Origin: a virus
Length of the DNA stretch: 64,000 bases
Virus record (IMG/VR): IMGVR_UViG_3300020420_000008
Location: 1-64,000 of that record
Strand: one strand, 5' to 3'
In this document: positions 47,808 through 55,754 of the stretch, one piece after another
Layout: each line of letters opens with the position of its first letter
Position numbering within the stretch: position 1 is the first letter of the stretch
The notes under the pieces: model-generated
The model's input: the letters and a program-made list of their open reading frames with translations, nothing else
The model's database searches: none
What the model was told of the DNA's origin: nothing
Translations under genes and position numbers: made by a program

Positions 47808-48146
47808 AGTTCGTTGAGACTAAGATGAAACTAGACTGGACATGGGGGCGGTACCCATCACCTCCACCAAGAGTACTTGCTCAGTACAACGCCTTCGTAG
47901 CTTCACAAGAGACAGTTCTTGAGACAGTTCGATGAAGACAAGAGTGGTAAGACACTTTAGAGTTTTTTGATAGTGGCGTATCAACAAGTATTCCTGTGGG
48001 GGTGAAATAGGATCGACAGGTAGGTAGTAGGTTAGTGGAGAACATTAAACTAAATGCAAACGATGATTTTGCACCTGTGGATTACGCACTAGCGGCTTAA
48101 TCGCACCGAGTTTAGAGAGTGTACTTGGGAACAGAAACACTCTCAC
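47808..48146 (+). ncRNA. ssrA: Circularly permuted two-piece tmRNA (alphaproteobacterial type); outer ends approximate
   Basis: Acceptor piece ends CACCTCC-A-CCA (47869); coding piece starts GGGGGTGAAATAGGATCGAC (47998); G3.U pair; tag ANDDFAPVDYALAA* at 48056-48100. Confidence 0.92.
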
Positions 48147-48153
48147 AGAATTT

Positions 48154-48227
48154 GCGAGTGTAGTATAATGGCATTATTTCTAGTTACCAACTAGAAGACA
48201 GAGGTTCGAATCCTCTCATTCGCTCCA
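48154..48227 (+). tRNA. tRNA-Gly(ACC)
   Basis: GCGAGTG/CATTCGC acceptor stem, TCTAG-TTACCAA-CTAGA anticodon arm, AGAGG-TTCGAAT-CCTCT T arm, U73, encoded CCA; 74 nt. Confidence 0.88.
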
Positions 48228-48229
48228 AG

Positions 48230-48458
48230 TTTTACTCCGACGGGAGTAAAAGTGGTGCAAGGAAGAGTCCTGATGACAAGAGGGACAAACTTGACTACTT
48301 AGGGGTGGTACCCAGGATTTGAAAAACGAATACTTAGAAATAAGGGCTAGTTTAACAAGTTCACATCATCATACCAGATGAAAGTAGGTTCTGGCATAAA
48401 TGGAAGATATGCTATCTTGTGATGTCAGTTGAGGGTAAAAGCGAGTCCCTCCCACACT
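48230..48458 (+). ncRNA. Unidentified structured RNA
   Basis: No ORF in track, multiple stems, lies between the tRNA and a terminator. Confidence 0.6.
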
Positions 48459-48464
48459 AAATTT

Positions 48465-48500
48465 AAAAAGGTATTAGAAGCAGTTCTGATACCTTTTTTT
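48465..48500 (+). terminator. Rho-independent terminator
   Basis: AAAAAGGTATTAGAA-GCAG-TTCTGATACCTTTTTTT. Confidence 0.85.
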
Positions 48501-48502
48501 AT

Positions 48503-48510
48503 TATAAATA
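48503..48510 (+). promoter_or_regulatory. T4-type late promoter
   Basis: Intergenic TATAAATA. Confidence 0.7.
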
Positions 48511-48593
48511 CTAGTAGATTGTATTATATCATTACGTATCGTGACATTTAAGATTGTTTCATTATAATCGTTTTAATTAGTCAAGGTAAAGTA

Positions 48594-49088
48594 ATGATAG
48601 ATCCAATATCAGCAATGGCTGTAGCAGGCACCGCATTCTCAGCAATCAAGAAAGGCATACAACTAGGTAAAGATGTAGAGTCTATGTATGGTGATATAGG
48701 TAGATGGATGGGTGCAATCTCTGATGTTAATCAGGCAGAGAAGAATGCAAAGAATCCGCCATTCTATAAAAAGGTGTTTAGTGGTTCATCGATAGAAGAA
48801 GAGGCTATGAATGCCTTTGCCGCCAAGAAAAAGGCAGAGGAGATGGAATATGAACTGAAACAATATATTATGTTTACACATGGGGCATCTGCATGGGACG
48901 AACTGATTCGTATGCAAGGTAAGATACGTAAAGAACGTCAAGAGATGATTTATGCAAGAGAAAAGCAAAGAGAAAAAATAGTTAATATTATCATATGCAC
49001 TATAGGTATAGGAATTATAGTAGCACTACTAGGTTGGTTCGCATGGTTCGTTTTTCAAACAAGTTACTTATTCGCAGGCTTTCGCTAA
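48594..49088 (+). CDS. Membrane-anchored hypothetical protein
   Basis: MIDPISA..A..AF..IKKG, C-terminal TM. Confidence 0.75.
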   Translation: MIDPISAMAVAGTAFSAIKKGIQLGKDVESMYGDIGRWMGAISDVNQAEKNAKNPPFYKKVFSGSSIEEEAMNAFAAKKKAEEMEYELKQYIMFTHGASAWDELIRMQGKIRKERQEMIYAREKQREKIVNIIICTIGIGIIVALLGWFAWFVFQTSYLFAGFR

Positions 49089-49465
49089 TACTTTCAATAA
49101 AAATAATTTTACTGTTAATCTTTCTCATTCCAAATTATGCCTTTGGACGTGAGGAACGTAAACAACCTGATAACATCATACAATGCTTTTCTTGTTTTTT
49201 CAAGAAGTTCAGCGACTGGACATGGGAACAAGAAAAAAGACTGGGTAAGAGAGAAGATCCTAAGTATATAACATGCAGACGATATAAAAGAAAAACAGCG
49301 AAGAATGGACAACAAGTTTGTATATACAAGGGTGCAAACAGTACATATACATTGGTAGTTGAGGGGCAATGTCCTAGCGAATACCGATGTAAATATGATC
49401 CTCATGGTTCTGAACCTAATATTGATAGTGTGGTTGACTCGTTAAACGATAAGTTTAAAAAATAG
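48995..49465 (+). CDS. Cys-rich exported hypothetical protein (true start probably downstream)
   Basis: Signal-like stretch, CRR...CIYKGAN...CP.EYRC. Confidence 0.55.
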   Translation: MHYRYRNYSSTTRLVRMVRFSNKLLIRRLSLILSIKIILLLIFLIPNYAFGREERKQPDNIIQCFSCFFKKFSDWTWEQEKRLGKREDPKYITCRRYKRKTAKNGQQVCIYKGANSTYTLVVEGQCPSEYRCKYDPHGSEPNIDSVVDSLNDKFKK

Positions 49466-49467
49466 AC

Positions 49468-49496
49468 TTGACAAATAAACAACAATCATATAGAGT
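49468..49496 (+). promoter_or_regulatory. Sigma70-type promoter (leaderless geometry)
   Basis: TTGACA-N17-TAGAGT; ATG 6 nt later. Confidence 0.6.
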
Positions 49497-49502
49497 ATAA
49501 GA

Positions 49503-49928
49503 ATGATATTAGAAACAGCATTTTTGTGTCTAGCACTCAATACTTATCATGAGGCAAAAAATCAATCCATGGTAGGACAGATTGCAACGGCACAAGTAGT
49601 CATGAACCGTGTTGCAGATAAAAGATATCCTAACACAGTTTGTGAAGTAGTTAAACAAGGTCCAAAGTATAAAGGAAGCAATGTACCGGTTCGACACCGA
49701 TGCCAATTTAGCTGGTATTGTGACGGCAAAGATGACATGCCTAAAAATGAAAAAGCATGGAAAAAAGCACAAGACTATGCACATCTTGTTTTATATAATA
49801 GAATATACATAGATGTCACAGAGGGTGCTACACACTATCATGCAACATATGTAAAACCTGCATGGGCTAAAACAAAGACTAGAACAACAAGAATAGAAAA
49901 ACATATTTTCTATAGATGGGAAAAGTAA
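49503..49928 (+). CDS. SleB/Hydrolase_2 cell wall hydrolase
   Basis: CLALN.YHEA, V.NRV, YP.TVC.VV.Q, CQFSW.CDG, GATHYHA.YV.P.W, HIFY. Confidence 0.92.
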   Translation: MILETAFLCLALNTYHEAKNQSMVGQIATAQVVMNRVADKRYPNTVCEVVKQGPKYKGSNVPVRHRCQFSWYCDGKDDMPKNEKAWKKAQDYAHLVLYNRIYIDVTEGATHYHATYVKPAWAKTKTRTTRIEKHIFYRWEK

Positions 49929-50159
49929 ATGTCGCTTGAAATTATGAACGTGAGTAAGTTCTCTAAAATTATTGAAGAAGTTGTTATTGATAAAAGAATA
50001 CCTTACATGGATGCAATTGTTTGGTATTGTGAAAGAAATGAAATGGAAGTAGAAGTTGCCGCCAAGCTTTTGAATAGTATTATAAAAGCTAAGATTGAAG
50101 CGGAAGCAAGTGATTTAAATTTTCTATCAACACCGAAAGGTTCTAAACTACCTATATGA
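49929..50159 (+). CDS. 33: Late transcription coactivator gp33
   Basis: FS..IE, YMDAIV.YC, K.KIE.EA..LNFL; 33-59-32 synteny. Confidence 0.88.
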   Translation: MSLEIMNVSKFSKIIEEVVIDKRIPYMDAIVWYCERNEMEVEVAAKLLNSIIKAKIEAEASDLNFLSTPKGSKLPI

Positions 50160-50758
50160 ACGGACTTGAAGCATATGGCTCTTATCTAGCAGTACGTAAT
50201 CATTTCAAAACAGACTATGATTACTTTAAATATAATGGTAAGATAAAAGTAAATGAAGATAAGTTTCGCACTCGTAGAGATCATTATCAATTTGAGAAAA
50301 TGGCACGTATCTACGATAGAGAGAAGTTCGTTCAATATCTTGTTGCTAACTTTGTTAACGAAGAAGATTACATATTTGGCATGTCACAAGGACGTGCAAT
50401 GATGAATCACAAAAAATGGCAAAAGAATATAGAATCATTTAACTATCAATTTAAAGAAGATATACAGACTCTTAAAGATTATCACCCACAGTTTGATTCG
50501 TTGTTTATTGTAGGTGCAGATGGTGAAGTACACCCTTTTGCATTCAAACTTTATTTAAGAGAGAAGATAAACATAAATACTCTAGCAGTATTAAATAAAT
50601 TGATTAACTATAGTGGTGTTTGGAGTAGACAAGAAAACACTATGCTTAATGATTTCGTTTTTATACTAAAAAAATATACTCCATTCCTTTATAGTTACAT
50701 CAGTATAGACGAGACTAAATGTAAACAAACTATATTGGAGGTTTTCAATGAATCATGA
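50156..50758 (+). CDS. 59: Helicase loader gp59
   Basis: YLA...HF..DYDYFKYNGK, F..R.D.Y.F.K; synteny. Confidence 0.88.
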   Translation: MNGLEAYGSYLAVRNHFKTDYDYFKYNGKIKVNEDKFRTRRDHYQFEKMARIYDREKFVQYLVANFVNEEDYIFGMSQGRAMMNHKKWQKNIESFNYQFKEDIQTLKDYHPQFDSLFIVGADGEVHPFAFKLYLREKININTLAVLNKLINYSGVWSRQENTMLNDFVFILKKYTPFLYSYISIDETKCKQTILEVFNES

Positions 50759-50957
50759 AGTAGAAAAATATGTGGGCGAACTCAGAGAGTTACGTGAGCA
50801 AGTTGAGACAATGAAGCTACGAATTAAAAACTTAGAAAGTGAGTTGGAATGGAGAACTAAATATGGAGATTATATGTCACACCAAGCTAACATAAATGCT
50901 TCAGTACATAATTATAGTTATAATCGTCCTAAAGATAAATTTAAATTAGGTACTTGA
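50748..50957 (+). CDS. Coiled-coil hypothetical protein
   Basis: GGAGG RBS. Confidence 0.6.
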   Translation: MNHEVEKYVGELRELREQVETMKLRIKNLESELEWRTKYGDYMSHQANINASVHNYSYNRPKDKFKLGT

Positions 50958-51046
50958 CATATACTAGTTTGTTATGTTATATTAGATACATTATATTATG
51001 ATTCGAGTGGACAAATTAAATACACATATATACAGGAGATACACTA
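50954..51046 (+). promoter_or_regulatory. Gene 32 promoter and AU-rich leader
   Basis: TTGACA-N18-TATATT, TGATTCG at 50999-51005, AGGAG RBS. Confidence 0.65.
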
Positions 51047-51946
51047 ATGGCAACATCTTTCGCCTCACTTAAAAAATCTCGCTCAAGTTCTTTGAGCAAG
51101 TTAGTTACCGAAACAACAAAAATAAATGCACCGGCAGAAGGAAGTTCTGAAGACAATCGTTTTTGGAAACCATCTGTTGATAAAGCTGGTAACGGCTATG
51201 CAGTAATTCGTTTTTTACCAGAACCTAAAGGTGAAGACTTACCTTGGGTTCGTATATTTTCTCACGGCTTTCAAGGACCAGGTGGTAAATGGTATATCGA
51301 AAATTCACTTACAACTTTCAATGAGAAAGATCCAATAAGTGAATATAATAGTTCTTTGTGGAATAATGGTACCGATGCTGGTAAAGATCAAGCACGAAAG
51401 CAAAAGAGAAGACTCTCTTACATAGCGAATATCTATGTAGTAAAGGATCCTGCAAATCCAGAAAATGAAGGACAAGTGAAACTTTATAAGTTTGGAAAGA
51501 AAATATTCGACAAGCTTAATGAGAAAATGAATCCTGAATTTGAAGATGAAACTGCTACTAACCCATTTGATTTTTGGGAAGGTGCAGACTTAAAATTGAA
51601 AATTCGTAATGTTGAAGGCTATCGTAATTATGATAAGTCTGAATTTGCAGAGGTATCACCATTACTTGATGGTGATGATACTAAACTGGAAACAGTTTAC
51701 GACTCAATGTTTTCTCTTCAAGAGTTTCTTGACAGAAAGCATTTTAAAACTTACGCCGAGTTGCAAGCAAAACTTGACATGGTGTTAGGTTTAGCTGGTG
51801 CTACAGTTGTACCTTCAGTAGTTACTGCTCAAGAGAATGTGGTAGAAATGCCTGTTCAAAAAGAAGCATCAGCACCTAAGATTGAATCTTCAGATAGTGA
51901 TGATGAGAACTTATCGTTTTTTGAAAAACTAGCAGAAGAAGATTAA
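51047..51946 (+). CDS. 32: ssDNA-binding protein gp32
   Basis: RFWKP..DK.GNGYAVIRFLP, WYIEN, YKFGKKIFDK, NPFD.WEGA, NYDKSEF, acidic tail. Confidence 0.97.
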   Translation: MATSFASLKKSRSSSLSKLVTETTKINAPAEGSSEDNRFWKPSVDKAGNGYAVIRFLPEPKGEDLPWVRIFSHGFQGPGGKWYIENSLTTFNEKDPISEYNSSLWNNGTDAGKDQARKQKRRLSYIANIYVVKDPANPENEGQVKLYKFGKKIFDKLNEKMNPEFEDETATNPFDFWEGADLKLKIRNVEGYRNYDKSEFAEVSPLLDGDDTKLETVYDSMFSLQEFLDRKHFKTYAELQAKLDMVLGLAGATVVPSVVTAQENVVEMPVQKEASAPKIESSDSDDENLSFFEKLAEED

Positions 51947-51969
51947 TCTTTCTTTTACTCTCTTACACT

Positions 51970-51996
51970 AGGGCGTCTTATGGCGCCCTTTTTTTT
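51970..51996 (+). terminator. Rho-independent terminator between convergent blocks
   Basis: AGGGCGTC-TTAT-GGCGCCCT plus T run. Confidence 0.85.
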
Positions 51997-53848
51997 AGGT
52001 ATTATAAGGATAATTTTGAAAATTAGATGCTACTTTAGGACCTGTTTGAAAAGATTGATTGCTTATAGAGACAGTGTTAGAGGGTCCAACAGTTGTAGAG
52101 TTGTCAGTTAGTCTAGCACCACCAAAGCCATCACCAGAAAAATTAGCTAAAGCACTTAGCATATCAGCACTACCATTACCTGAAGGAGTACCAGTAGCAG
52201 TTTCGAAGTCAATAGTTCCTGATCTTAACTTAGCTAGAAGAGCTTCATTTTCTTTTTCAAGTTTTAATAATTTTTGTTCGTTACGTTCTTGATTACCTTG
52301 GGCTCTTTTAGTTGAATTTTCTAACATTACGATTTGATTCATTAATGCTTTTACCTGAGCCTTTTCTCCAATAAATGCTCCGGATAAGTCATCTAACTCT
52401 CTACCTGCCAATTTCTTTTCAATCTCTTCCTTTATTTTAGCAATTCTTTCAGCATTAGCTTTTTCCTGTTCTGCATTTTTAAGTTGTAGTTCAGCTAATC
52501 TATCTTTTTCTTTTCTATTCTTCTCAATATCTTCTTCTATCTTTTCATTCTCATCTTTAAACAATCTACCAACTACAGGTATACTTCTTATAAAATTCAT
52601 GAAAGCGTTACTTATAGCTTTAAATAGTTTCATTATAGGATCAACAATAACTTTTGCCGCCCCTGCAAAATCGCCTGACAACAGTTTCTTTCCTGCTTCA
52701 AGTAGTTTTTCGATAACTTGCATTGGGAATGTTAGTATAGAAAATAAAGCATCTTCAAAACTAACATTTTCTTTTATCCACTTAGAGGCACTTTCAAAAC
52801 CTAATAACTCCATAACTTTAGCTGGTAGTTTCACAAGTAACAAATCAAGTGGTGCACCTATAAAATCTGCTAAAAATTTGGCGGCACCTGCATTGAGTTT
52901 TTGAAATATATTGCCTTCAGTTTTCATGAACTCCATAACACCTTCACCGAAAGAAAATATAATCCCGATAGGTTTAAATATTCTACCTACCATTTTCAGA
53001 AATGCACCAACAGTACCACCTATTGCTCCTAAAAATTTACCACCTGCTCCTTCACCTGACATGAAGTTTTTGATACCAGTGAAGATATCTTTGAAAGGTT
53101 TAAATATTGTTTTAGCTGACTCTGATATAAATGTGAACGCACCACCACCAACTTTCTTAATAGATTCTATAACAGTAGCTACTCTGCCTTGAGGATCTAA
53201 TAAAGGTGCCAGTGCTTGAGGTCCGCCTCGTAAAGCACCAAATAATGCGTTAGTTATACCTTGTCTTATAGCACTTATTCTTTCTGTTATTGTCATTATG
53301 AGAGGTTTCTGTGTTACAAAGATACCTTTAACTTTGTCAACTGTTAGTCTCTCTTTCGTACCAAATAGATTGAAGCGTATAGCCTCTCTAATCGCCTTAA
53401 CATTATCAGGTATAGTTTTAGAAAATACACGCAACTCACCTAGTCTTCTTATAGCTCCCATTTCCCAACCTCTGAGTCCTACAAAAGCACCAGCTATTGC
53501 TGTTACACCTGCAAGAAATGCACCTATGCCAAAAGGATCAAGTTCTACTTGTTCAGCTTGCTCTTTTTTGTCCATTTCCATTTGAGCATTAAGCTTACGC
53601 TTCATCTCAAGTCTGTCTTCTGCTTCCATCTGAGCATCTCTGGCTCTCATTTCTTCAGCCATTGCTAATAGATATACTATATCTTTTAGATGTGTATTAT
53701 TTTCTGATAGAAGACTATTTCGAAAAGCACCATCAAGTGCTATCTTACCTTGGGCGGCTAAGGTAAGTTGTGATCTTTCTTCCATCTTAGCTTGGGCGGC
53801 TCTATTGGTAGATTGATTGAGTCTGGGTAGAGGACCTTGTTCAGCCAT
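51995..53848 (-). CDS. Probable tape measure / gp29-like protein
   Basis: 617 aa, helical Gly/Ala/hydrophobic repeats plus coiled coil, downstream of 26/51. Confidence 0.6.
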   Translation of the reverse strand: MAEQGPLPRLNQSTNRAAQAKMEERSQLTLAAQGKIALDGAFRNSLLSENNTHLKDIVYLLAMAEEMRARDAQMEAEDRLEMKRKLNAQMEMDKKEQAEQVELDPFGIGAFLAGVTAIAGAFVGLRGWEMGAIRRLGELRVFSKTIPDNVKAIREAIRFNLFGTKERLTVDKVKGIFVTQKPLIMTITERISAIRQGITNALFGALRGGPQALAPLLDPQGRVATVIESIKKVGGGAFTFISESAKTIFKPFKDIFTGIKNFMSGEGAGGKFLGAIGGTVGAFLKMVGRIFKPIGIIFSFGEGVMEFMKTEGNIFQKLNAGAAKFLADFIGAPLDLLLVKLPAKVMELLGFESASKWIKENVSFEDALFSILTFPMQVIEKLLEAGKKLLSGDFAGAAKVIVDPIMKLFKAISNAFMNFIRSIPVVGRLFKDENEKIEEDIEKNRKEKDRLAELQLKNAEQEKANAERIAKIKEEIEKKLAGRELDDLSGAFIGEKAQVKALMNQIVMLENSTKRAQGNQERNEQKLLKLEKENEALLAKLRSGTIDFETATGTPSGNGSADMLSALANFSGDGFGGARLTDNSTTVGPSNTVSISNQSFQTGPKVASNFQNYPYNT

Positions 53849-54177
53849 TATTTTTTCATTCCTGATTTATCAAAGGCGGCAAATCCCATAAAAGCACCTA
53901 CGATACCTGCCTGTGCTAAGTAAAAGAGATTTGATATGTCTGTGAGTAATTTAATTCTTTCATCTGGTACAAATGGTGTAAACATTATAATTGTGAATAA
54001 TAACATAGATACTAGAGCAGTCCATGCCATATTTCTCTGATGCATTTGTTTTCTGTTTAATCTCTTCACTTCTTCAGTTTGTTGCCAGTTATCTATTTCA
54101 GCATCAGATACTACTCCGTCAGAGTTTGTATCCATGTCAGCATACTTAGACTGTGGTTCTAACTTCTTTGCTGTCAT
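53848..54177 (-). CDS. Two-TM membrane protein with EF-hand-like loop
   Basis: DTNSDGVVSDAE plus two TM segments. Confidence 0.7.
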   Translation of the reverse strand: MTAKKLEPQSKYADMDTNSDGVVSDAEIDNWQQTEEVKRLNRKQMHQRNMAWTALVSMLLFTIIMFTPFVPDERIKLLTDISNLFYLAQAGIVGAFMGFAAFDKSGMKK

Positions 54178-54359
54178 TTTTGTTTCCTTCTTTCCTCTTC
54201 TTCTTCTAAGTGTTGTTTCAATAATGTCACATAGATATCACGTTCAAAAGGTATCATATTCTCCAGTTCGGACAAGGAGTATTTATGATGATGCATAAGT
54301 GAAAAGTTGAGTTGATAGTAATTACTTAGCGAATTATGTACCAACCCTAAGTAAAAAAA
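54174..54359 (-). CDS. 51: gp51-like baseplate assembly protein (possibly the -1 frameshift extension of gp26)
   Basis: NYYQLNFSLMHHHKYSLSELENMIPFERDIYV.LL. Confidence 0.75.
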   Translation of the reverse strand, partial: FFYLGLVHNSLSNYYQLNFSLMHHHKYSLSELENMIPFERDIYVTLLKQHLEEEEERRKQK

Positions 54360-55045
54360 CTTTGTAAGCCCTCCAGCAATATAGTTTCTTTCTCTCCACA
54401 CGCATTACATGTCCATTCTACAGTATGACTTAACTTAGGCATGTTGTTCATAAATTCTGTTATCAATGTAAATTGCTTCTGATTTAGTTGTTCCAACCAT
54501 TCAGCAATCTCGTCTACAGAATAATCATTATAAACAGTTTCCTTATCATAGATAAAATCTACCATGTGTGCTATACTATGAAATATATTCACACCTTCTT
54601 GCACTTGTAATTTATTTAAATCGCCAGCACGAGGATATTTCATCTTTATACCTATAGTATCAGTAAGCATAATCTTACCATCAGATATCTCACCTTGTAC
54701 TTTTATATCGTCTAGATTTATTGAAAGCGTTACTGATTCTTTACAGGAACTTTCTTTATGTCTTAATATAACTTCTACAGTTTCACCAACAGATTTGCCT
54801 CTGAGTTGTAAAAATAGATACTCTACATCGAAAGTTGGTAAGTCACCTACATTTACATTAGGTGTTAGTATACAATCATTCAATACCTTTATTGTGGCAT
54901 TTTGAATTTCTACTGCATCTTGTCCTTCTAAAGCCATGTATAGAATTTTTTCTTCTCTGACTAGAAAAGGACGAAACTTAATTTTTTGTTTTGTTGAAGG
55001 TATCTCCGTGATAAACTCTGGAGACGAGAGTGCTGGTAAAGCCAT
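54347..55045 (-). CDS. 26: Baseplate hub assembly protein gp26
   Basis: MALP, FRPFLVREEK, FDVEYLFLQLR.KSVGE, MKYP, MPKL.H, LEGLQSFF. Confidence 0.9.
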   Translation of the reverse strand: MALPALSSPEFITEIPSTKQKIKFRPFLVREEKILYMALEGQDAVEIQNATIKVLNDCILTPNVNVGDLPTFDVEYLFLQLRGKSVGETVEVILRHKESSCKESVTLSINLDDIKVQGEISDGKIMLTDTIGIKMKYPRAGDLNKLQVQEGVNIFHSIAHMVDFIYDKETVYNDYSVDEIAEWLEQLNQKQFTLITEFMNNMPKLSHTVEWTCNACGEKETILLEGLQSFFT

Positions 55046-55058
55046 AATAACTCCTCAA

Positions 55059-55754
55059 TTATAATTTTCTTATCAATCCAAATGGTGTCTGTAATGCACC
55101 TGTTAATCCTGTTGAGCCAACAGATATGTTTCCTATTCCTGGTAGTGAGCCTGCTAATCCAAAGCCGTTTTCACCAAAAGAGAATCCAAAAGAAGCGCCG
55201 AGTCCTGGTTGGTTTGAATCGCCATACACTACTTTGTAATCTCTATATGCAAAAGCAACAGCTAACTTTGCAAACTCGTTTGCGTTCCAATTCATTTGTA
55301 TAGCACCAACTGTTACAGGGTATGCTTCTTGTAATGTATGAACAGACATCACATCACCTGCTGAATTGAACTGTCTAATTGTAACATTACCCACATAATC
55401 ATTATAGTAACTAACATTATGTGATCCTCTGCTAGAACCAAAAGCACCATGATTAATTATCTTGTCATGCCATGCATCAAAATATTTCTTTTCTTGTAAG
55501 TCTTCACTTAATAAAAACTGACAAGCAATATCGGTATATATGGCGCCATAAGGAACTTTTCTTAGAGGTCCATATATTCTATATTCTGTTGTAGATATTG
55601 CTCTTCCTGGAATATCAACAGTATCACAACGTAACATTAGATTTTGTTCTGCACCTGTGCTAACTGGTCCAGTTATCTGTACTTCAAAATGTGAAGCATG
55701 TGCAACACCAGTTTTATTTAATGTAGCTGTAAAATTTTGTACGTTAAATGGCAC
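55059..55754 (-). CDS. Tail-tube-fold protein (gp54-like tube initiator)
   Basis: GTG start; C..V.IPGR, PYG..Y, F..W...I, Y..DY...V.I.Q, L..AYP. Confidence 0.7.
   Translation of the reverse strand: MPFNVQNFTATLNKTGVAHASHFEVQITGPVSTGAEQNLMLRCDTVDIPGRAISTTEYRIYGPLRKVPYGAIYTDIACQFLLSEDLQEKKYFDAWHDKIINHGAFGSSRGSHNVSYYNDYVGNVTIRQFNSAGDVMSVHTLQEAYPVTVGAIQMNWNANEFAKLAVAFAYRDYKVVYGDSNQPGLGASFGFSFGENGFGLAGSLPGIGNISVGSTGLTGALQTPFGLIRKL

Noticed and set aside
48252-48458. RNase P RNA or group I intron identity for the unknown RNA
   Set aside because: GGAAGAGTCC only loosely resembles GAGGAAAGTCC; the 3' P4 signature and intron core are not visible
198-49784. Minus-strand ORFs in the track (e.g. 198-716, 27934-28371, 40221-40691) and plus-strand ORFs within 52059-56035
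   Set aside because: Antisense shadows of well-supported genes, with no RBS or motifs
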